In this document: positions 1-5,539 of the stretch, in pieces
How positions within the stretch are numbered: position 1 is the first letter of the stretch
How the letters are laid out: each line of letters opens with the position of its first letter
NCBI RefSeq assembly: GCF_000143415.4
Contig: NW_003314314.1
Span: 1,413,510-1,419,048 of the forward strand
DNA from: Selaginella moellendorffii
Lineage: Eukaryota > Plantae > Lycopodiophyta
Direction: 5' to 3'
Length of the DNA: 5,539 nt
Position numbers and translations under genes: made by a program
Notes under the pieces: generated by a model
Database searches by the model: none
Seen by the model: the letters and a program-made list of their open reading frames with translations, nothing else
Told to the model about the DNA's origin: nothing

Positions 1-67
1 TGGTAAGTGTCTTTTGGCGGAGGACATGATCTTAGTTTCAGTTTCAAAAAATCTTTTGTTCATTTGA

Positions 68-1170
68 ATGGTGGAGGAAGCGATTGCTATAGTGCTTTCT
101 ATGCCATGTCCTACTGCAACTTCATTTATTGAAAGAGTGATCACTAAAAAGGAGCTCCTAGCTATTGATCGGTGTGGATTACATCAAGCCAAGAAGTCTC
201 CATTGGTGGTATCAAACAGAGTTTCAGGTTCTCCATATAAATCCACAAAGATTCAGAGAAGTTTTTTAGTATTTACATTCACTTTTCTTTGTGACGAGCT
301 TGCTCCAAAATTGGCCAGGAGGCCTCCTCCAAGTTTGGCAGAAATACCAATAGCTATTTCAAAGCAAGTAGCTATTGCTTTGAAACGCTTGGCATTCAGG
401 GATACATGGCAAATAATTGGTGATGCATTTAGAGTGGCTTCATGCACTCAAGCTTGTCTATGCTGATTCAGGTATTCATTGCTTGAGCATGAAGGACTAA
501 TGATCCATTGGCAGATGAGGAGGGAGTAAATGAAGTTATAGCATGATTTCAGAGATTGCATGGATTCTTAAATTGTTGTGGTGCAATGGATTGCACTCAT
601 ATGGCAATCGAGCTTCTAGGATCAGAGGATGCAATAGATTGGTATGCTAGGGCAAAAAAGTATTACTCAATGGTAGTTCAAGTTGTGGTAGATAGTAAGA
701 CTTTATTCCTTTACATAACAATAGGGATAGTAGGTAGTGTTCCAAATAGACAAGTTTGGAATTGTAGTGGTTTGAAGAAGGCATAGATAGAGAAGAAGTG
801 TTTATGTGGTCCAGTGTACTATATAGAGTTTGGGGACATTCCATTGTATATCATTGCTGACAGAGGATAAGAGTGTACTTTACTGGTTTTGGTCTTATAT
901 CCAAACAAGTTTCATGGCAAAGAGCAATACAACTTTCTTCATTCTTTTATGAGGATTGTTGTCAAGCAATCTTTTGGAATCTTAAAAAGGCAATCGAAAT
1001 TGCTTGGTTAGAAGGGATTTAGAGGACATCTAGGCATCCTTGCGAACAACATCATGTCTTGCTGTGTGTTGCATACCTTGATGATCACAAGGAATGACAG
1101 ATTCATGGAAAATTTTGACCCCAATAGATCTAACTATAATGTAGACTACCTTCCACAGATTTTATTGTGA
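68..1170 (+). pseudogene. Degenerate PIF/Harbinger-family DDE transposase (HARBI1/ALP1-like, DDE_Tnp_4)
   Basis: Manual translation across frames recovers the family motifs in order: KPRSLHWWY...RFREVF (186-266; RSxxWW...FxxxFR motif); after a frameshift, TFTFLCDEL...KQVAIALKRLA...IGDAFRVA (HTH region); IHW[P] with a 1-nt frameshift at ~512; then one frame 514-1170 reading GFLNCCGAMDCTH (first catalytic D, 589), YYSMVVQVVVD, GIVGSVPN, PLYIIADRG* (D at 859), YNFLHSFMRIVVKQSFGILK, and IMSCCVLH. In-frame stops at 464, 544, 784, 868 and 1009. The 5' boundary is uncertain. Confidence 0.93.
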
Positions 1171-1391
1171 GAATGAAGTGGTCAGTTATATGGATCTCCA
1201 AAAAGTTTTAATGCCACATTAAACTCTCAAGGGCATTCATGTATAAGCTAAACACAGTGGACATCCTTATTTAATGCAAATAGTGCATTCAATCTATTTA
1301 ACTCCTTGATAGTCTGCAAGAATAATGACATATATTTATTCAATGACAACTAATGGTGTGTTAATTTGTCGTAGCTATTGAAATAATTTAT

Positions 1392-1798
1392 NNNNNNNNN
1401 NNNNNNNNNNNNNNNNNNNNNNNNNNNNNNNNNNNNNNNNNNNNNNNNNNNNNNNNNNNNNNNNNNNNNNNNNNNNNNNNNNNNNNNNNNNNNNNNNNNN
1501 NNNNNNNNNNNNNNNNNNNNNNNNNNNNNNNNNNNNNNNNNNNNNNNNNNNNNNNNNNNNNNNNNNNNNNNNNNNNNNNNNNNNNNNNNNNNNNNNNNNN
1601 NNNNNNNNNNNNNNNNNNNNNNNNNNNNNNNNNNNNNNNNNNNNNNNNNNNNNNNNNNNNNNNNNNNNNNNNNNNNNNNNNNNNNNNNNNNNNNNNNNNN
1701 NNNNNNNNNNNNNNNNNNNNNNNNNNNNNNNNNNNNNNNNNNNNNNNNNNNNNNNNNNNNNNNNNNNNNNNNNNNNNNNNNNNNNNNNNNNNNNNNNN
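1392..1798. other. Assembly gap (407 N)
   Basis: Run of N from 1392 to 1798. Contiguity and distance across it are not verified. Confidence 1.
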
Positions 1799-2010
1799 GT
1801 GAGATATGTTTACCCTCTATCATAGGTTCACTTTAGTAAAAAAGATACCTTTCCAAAGTAGTTTATCAACTATTAACCTTAATTCCAGCAAGTAAAGCCA
1901 AATGGAAAAACTATTACCAAGAATATATATTTTGAAATAGGGGCTAGATTAAAGTAAAGTAAGGGAACTTCATATGAATAAAATATCCTTGAGAAAATTA
2001 AAAAAAAACT

Positions 2011-2764
2011 GTAAGTAAACTCACAATAGCAGATAACATCAACGAGTCTGATATGATAATAGTAAGTTTAATATAACATGTAGATTCCTGACAATAATCT
2101 ATATGATGATAGTTCAAATTCCATGGCAACATGATGGAATTATTCAAAGAGTTGATGAATGAATTTTTTTCTGGAACTCCACCAACAAGATGTTTCATTA
2201 ATTTACAAGGAGACGGTTATTTCAAGAAAGCAAATGTCACAAGCATGAGCATTTTTTCATGTATAATAGATGATGCCAAAATAATTCCTTGACACTGTTT
2301 TTTGGAATATTGCAAGGGAATGCATAGGGGTACGTGTGAAAGGAAATGAAACAAGCCCATATTATATACATGTTGTTTTACAGATACCTGGATACTTTGA
2401 AGTAGATAAGCTCCATCCAGTTTTCATACACACAGTTTGTTCATCATGCTGTGGATCAAGATTGCAACAAACTTCTAAAGATGAAGCAATATGTAAAATA
2501 TGTAAATATGCAGGACCTATAAAGGAACACATCACGCTAAAGGCCCAGCTTCACCTTGGACAAGACACGTTCCAAGTAACGATACCTTCACATTTGGTTG
2601 ATCAACTGTATGGAACAAAAGTGTGTTGGAATGAAGACCCTACAAAAGCCAAACACTACATGTTTGGACATCCACCGAAGAGAAAATTCTTAATCAGTGA
2701 GTCCAAAGATGAGTTAGCATTTGCACCAGAAAGAGAAAAAGCTTACCTCACTTTCAAAGTGTAA
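2011..2764 (+). pseudogene. Degenerate RPA70-like OB-fold ssDNA-binding protein gene with a C-terminal zinc-ribbon OB domain (possibly Helitron-associated)
   Basis: Open frame 2285-2764 (FLDTVFWNIARECIGVRVKGNETSPYY...) contains VFIHTVCSSCC-x13-CKIC (2438-2503) followed by HITLKAQLHLGQDTFQVTIPSHLVDQLYG. This matches the layout of RPA1 DBD-C (Y.aC..C...C..C...y.l...l.D.t....vt.f......llG). Upstream pieces in another frame (VSKLTIADNINESDMIIVSL at 2011; MMELFKEL...VTSMSIFSCIIDDAK at 2131-2280) resemble another OB fold but are broken by stops and a frameshift at ~2282. There is no ATG start for the intact part. Confidence 0.55.
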
Positions 2765-2819
2765 TCAACAAGTTCTTGCATTCTAGAAACTTTGACATTC
2801 ATCTGTGCCTTTACTCTTT

Positions 2820-3039
2820 GATTTCTGATGTTGAAGCATGTGAAGCTTTTATGCAGAATTGGTCAGAGTCTAGAACAATGCACTAGATCTTCGCACGGAA
2901 ACATGGCGAACATTTGAAAGAACCCGGCACTTGAGGTGATATGCTTATTAAAGTTTGTGATTTGTTTATCTTGAGGCATCTTTTTTAAGCTTCAAGCATT
3001 GACTTACATGGGAACTTTCATTGATGGGGGCAACGATTC
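2820..3039 (+). repeat. Direct repeat, copy 1 (~220 bp)
   Basis: GATTTCTGATGTTGAAGCATG...GGGGGCAACGATTC aligns with 5179-5401. Hand alignment gives about 14 substitutions and 2 small indels. Confidence 0.97.
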
Positions 3040-3301
3040 CATTGAATATATTCCCAACCTTTCAACATCAGAAGGTTTGTAAATCAGCTGTTTACAAACA
3101 TTCCTAATTCTCCCACTAATGTATTGCATACCTGGAAAGAGATGTATATAATGGCATTGCGTGGATCACACTGCTTCGTACACTCCAATCAAATATACAG
3201 GCCCACTGTGTGTGGATTGTTGAGGCACGTTTGTGACAAAAACTTGTGAATTATGATGTACTCTACTCGCTCAGATAACTACAACTTAATTTTCTGCTTA
3301 G

Positions 3302-3457
3302 CATGCAGCCAGAAGAATATCTGGCCTGGCTCTAGAGATTTCAAAGTTGTGTCAACGGTCCAAGACGATGGAACTGAAGCCAAAGTGATAGATGTTTACA
3401 ATCTCGATGTGCCTTTCATTGGTGATCCAATGAACACCAAAGTGCATATCCTTCAAG
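3302..3457 (+). other. Putative isolated exon of an unidentified gene
   Basis: 156-nt stop-free segment, more GC-rich than its flanks (CSQKNIWPGSRDFKVVSTVQDDGTEAKVIDVYNLDVPFIGDPMNTKVHILQ). It is bounded by ttttctgcttAG and AAG|GTtaat. An alternative acceptor is gcAG at 3308. Confidence 0.4.
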
Positions 3458-3928
3458 GTTAATGTAATTACAGAATATGTATTTAAAAATCATGATATAG
3501 AAAAGGCTGAACAATCGAGTAAGCTTTCCCATACTTTCACACAAAACTTTTAACATAACCACCTATGAAATCTCATGCTTGAATATTTCTTTGTTAATAT
3601 AAAGAAACAATATAAACGAAAAGCCAACAACTGAAATATATATGACACTCCCAGAGTTTTCTTCTGATATTTCTTTTATAAAAAATAAACATAAATGTAA
3701 AGCACTACGACTACTAATGTTAGTTTTGTCTAAATATATTACAAATTAGTTATTTAGTTACAAATTGTTTGTAACTAATTACATTACATATCATCCTTCT
3801 ATATTTAAAAGAGCAAGGGCGACATATTCAATTGAGATTCTTTTCAAGCTTAATGGTGGAGATGAAAACACATGGCAAAAAAACAGTTGAGGGTGAAACG
3901 TTTTTTTTAAAGGGTAAACCAGTTTTTT

Positions 3929-4574
3929 TCAATGCATTTTTCCAGGAGAGCTTATCACTGCGGCTGCACACCATGAGGTTCGCTGCATGATTGCATTGGT
4001 CCTTACATTATATACCTTGTGCTCATGAATCTTTCCTTTACTGTCCAGTTTGTACTCAAAAATGCCATCAAAGAGACCTCTGACTTCCCACGGCACTTGT
4101 AGAATCGTGAACAGACCATCTGATCACAATGGTGCTGTCCAAAGGCTGCCATGCGCTCAAGATTTCCACCCAGATCGACTTGAAAAGCATTCTACCATTC
4201 AGCCGGAGCACCTGTATAATACACTTGTAAGTCTGTGAAAGCAGTTTACTGGATCACTGAAAGATATGACCTCTCTGCACCAAACAAGATAAGCCACTTT
4301 ACGTTTACTTCATTCTCCTGTAAATCTGATAGCTCAGATCTCCATGGAACAGAACAGGCAGCTCCTCCCTGAAAGTCTTGATGGCATAGCCTACATTGAC
4401 ATGGTAATCCAGACTTCCTTCCTTGCTCTTTGCTACTAATGGATCCTCTACTTTGCTATTCAGCTTGGTCGAGAGATTGCAATAATGCACTTGAAGAGGT
4501 TGCTTGAATCTATCTCTGCTGCTATATGCCAAGCTCGGCACTACCTCTAACGGAAGCAGCTCACCACACACCAT
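3929..4574 (-). pseudogene. DUF2358 family (SnoaL/NTF2-like, plant) pseudogene, two exons
   Basis: Exon 1 (4574-4318) ends DYHVNVGYAIKTFREELPVLFHGDLSYQIYR. Exon 2 (4274-3929) reads EVISFSDPVNCFHRL / YKCIIQVLRLNGRMLFKSIWVEILSAWQPLDSTIVIRWSVH / ILQVPWEVRGLFDGIFEYKLDSKGKIHEHKVYNV, with frameshifts at ~4228 and ~4106. This is colinear with the plant DUF2358 consensus as I recall it: YYVNxGYAIRTLREEFPxLF...IYRDDIVFKDPxNxFxGxxNYK...RWTVHGIPRVPWE...FDGTSEYKLDxxGKIYEHxVDN. Confidence 0.9.
4275..4317 (-). other. Remnant intron of the DUF2358 pseudogene (43 nt, donor GT absent)
   Basis: Removing 4317-4275 joins TAC AG|A GAG to give ...IYREVISF. The acceptor ttgtttggtgcAG is intact, but the donor reads GA instead of GT. 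Confidence 0.7.
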
Positions 4575-4880
4575 CTTGTCAAGTTCGCTGCAGACTGAAT
4601 ATTGTCTTCCTCAGTCAAGCTGATTTCTTCCAGTTCTTCATGCCAAACAATGGTATGGCACTCTTAAGTTTGAGGTAAAAAGCTTTCACATATTGTTTGT
4701 AGCCAAACTGAATGCATTATCATGTGCAATGGCTCAGTGACAACAAGCTGGATCCCATTCTAGAGTCACTGGCCAAGCTACCTTGGTTGACTTGCACAGG
4801 CTTAACCTCAGCAAGTCCATCTATCCACTGGCAAGTTCTCAGTGTTGAGAATAGCGAGCCAAGTGGTAGTGACTGAAGAG

Positions 4881-4949
4881 GTGAGTTTTCTATTTTTGGT
4901 GCTTTTAGCTCCCCGGCAAACATCTGTATTCTCTTTTCTTCTTCTCTAG
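4881..4949 (+). other. Canonical-looking spliceosomal intron (69 nt) in an unidentified + strand gene fragment
   Basis: GAG|GTGAGT donor, T-rich body, and a long polypyrimidine tract ttctcttttcttcttctcTAG acceptor. A phase-0 join gives PQQVHLSTGKFSVLRIASQVVVTEE|ITDNLAWNVLQSYTLEIKFLEAL*. Confidence 0.55.
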
Positions 4950-5178
4950 ATTACTGACAACCTTGCTTGGAATGTATTACAGTCATACACATTGGAGATT
5001 AAGTTTCTTGAAGCTCTCTGATGCTTCAAACAAAAGGCAAGCACTGCCACCGTCAAGCATACATGACAATTGGCTTCAAGAAGATGATGGCTAGGTTTAT
5101 GAGTTTTGCAATTGTCAATTTTGTAACTGTTCTTGGCTCTTCTGGATCTGCCAAGTGAGTATTTCTGAGCTATGACTC

Positions 5179-5401
5179 GATTTCTGATGTTGAAGCATGT
5201 GAAGCTTTTATGCAGTTTTGGTCAGAGTCTAGAACAATGCACTGGATCTTTGCACGGAAACATGGGGAACATTTGAAATAACCCAGCACTTGAGGTGATA
5301 TGCTCATTAACGTTTGTGATTTGTTTATCTCGAGGCATCTTTTTTTAGGCACTTCAAGCATTGACTTAGATGGGAACTTTCATTGGTGGGGGCAATGATT
5401 C
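5179..5401 (+). repeat. Direct repeat, copy 2 (~223 bp)
   Basis: Aligns with 2820-3039 and sits within a longer coding-like decayed frame that starts near 5063. Confidence 0.97.
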
Positions 5402-5539
5402 TAGCAAAGAAGGCTCTGGAAGAAGCTTATATTACGAAGCAGATGATCTGTTTTCAGACCTCTTGAAAGATGAAAATGAAGGCTTAGCATTAACAAGAAG
5501 TGACTATATTGCTTCCGGCGATTCGGACTCTTTCGATGG

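Noticed and set aside
253-844. Minus-strand ORFs 253-447 and 647-844
   Set aside because: Antisense shadows of the Harbinger transposase with no recognisable motifs.
1350-1823. 157-aa minus-strand ORF
   Set aside because: Artefact of the N gap; almost all residues are X.
2330-2383. Possible 54-nt intron (GTACGT...TTTTACAG) in the OB-fold frame
   Set aside because: It is short, in-frame and stop-free, and its translation is plausible as part of the domain. It cannot be supported without transcripts.
4050-4238. 62-aa + strand ORF
   Set aside because: Antisense shadow of DUF2358 exon 2.
1998-5361. Short minus-strand ORFs 1998-2198, 4720-4923 and 5170-5361
   Set aside because: No recognisable motifs, and the coding-like or splice signals in these regions favour the + strand.
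2819-5403. LTR retrotransposon or TRIM defined by the direct repeats
   Set aside because: Copy 2 lacks TG/CA ends, the flanks CTCTT and GCAAA give no TSD, no PBS or PPT is seen in either orientation, and there are no gag/pol remnants.
1-5539. Prokaryotic system (CRISPR array, operon, IS element or defence island)
   Set aside because: No regularly spaced repeats or operon structure. Spliceosomal intron signals and plant-type proteins indicate a plant nuclear locus.

Overview
Eukaryotic, almost certainly land-plant, AT-rich draft-assembly sequence made of decayed gene and transposon pieces. I see no clearly intact gene. From left to right: (1) a multiply disrupted PIF/Harbinger (HARBI1/ALP1-like, DDE_Tnp_4) transposase on + (~68-1170); (2) a 407-N scaffold gap (1392-1798); (3) a degenerate + strand region ending in an uninterrupted frame that resembles a zinc-ribbon OB-fold of the RPA70 C-terminal (DBD-C) type (2285-2764); (4) a ~220-bp direct repeat (2820-3039 and 5179-5401, about 93% identical by hand alignment); (5) an orphan exon-like segment (3302-3457); (6) a minus-strand DUF2358 (SnoaL/NTF2-like) pseudogene with a remnant intron and two frameshifts (3929-4574), only half shown by the ORF track; (7) further + strand exon/intron-like fragments (4800-5539). 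The arrangement looks like a TE-associated mosaic of captured host gene fragments (Helitron- or Pack-type), but no element termini could be identified, so this is inference. I found no convincing evidence of a new functional system. All family assignments come from motif recognition, not database searches.
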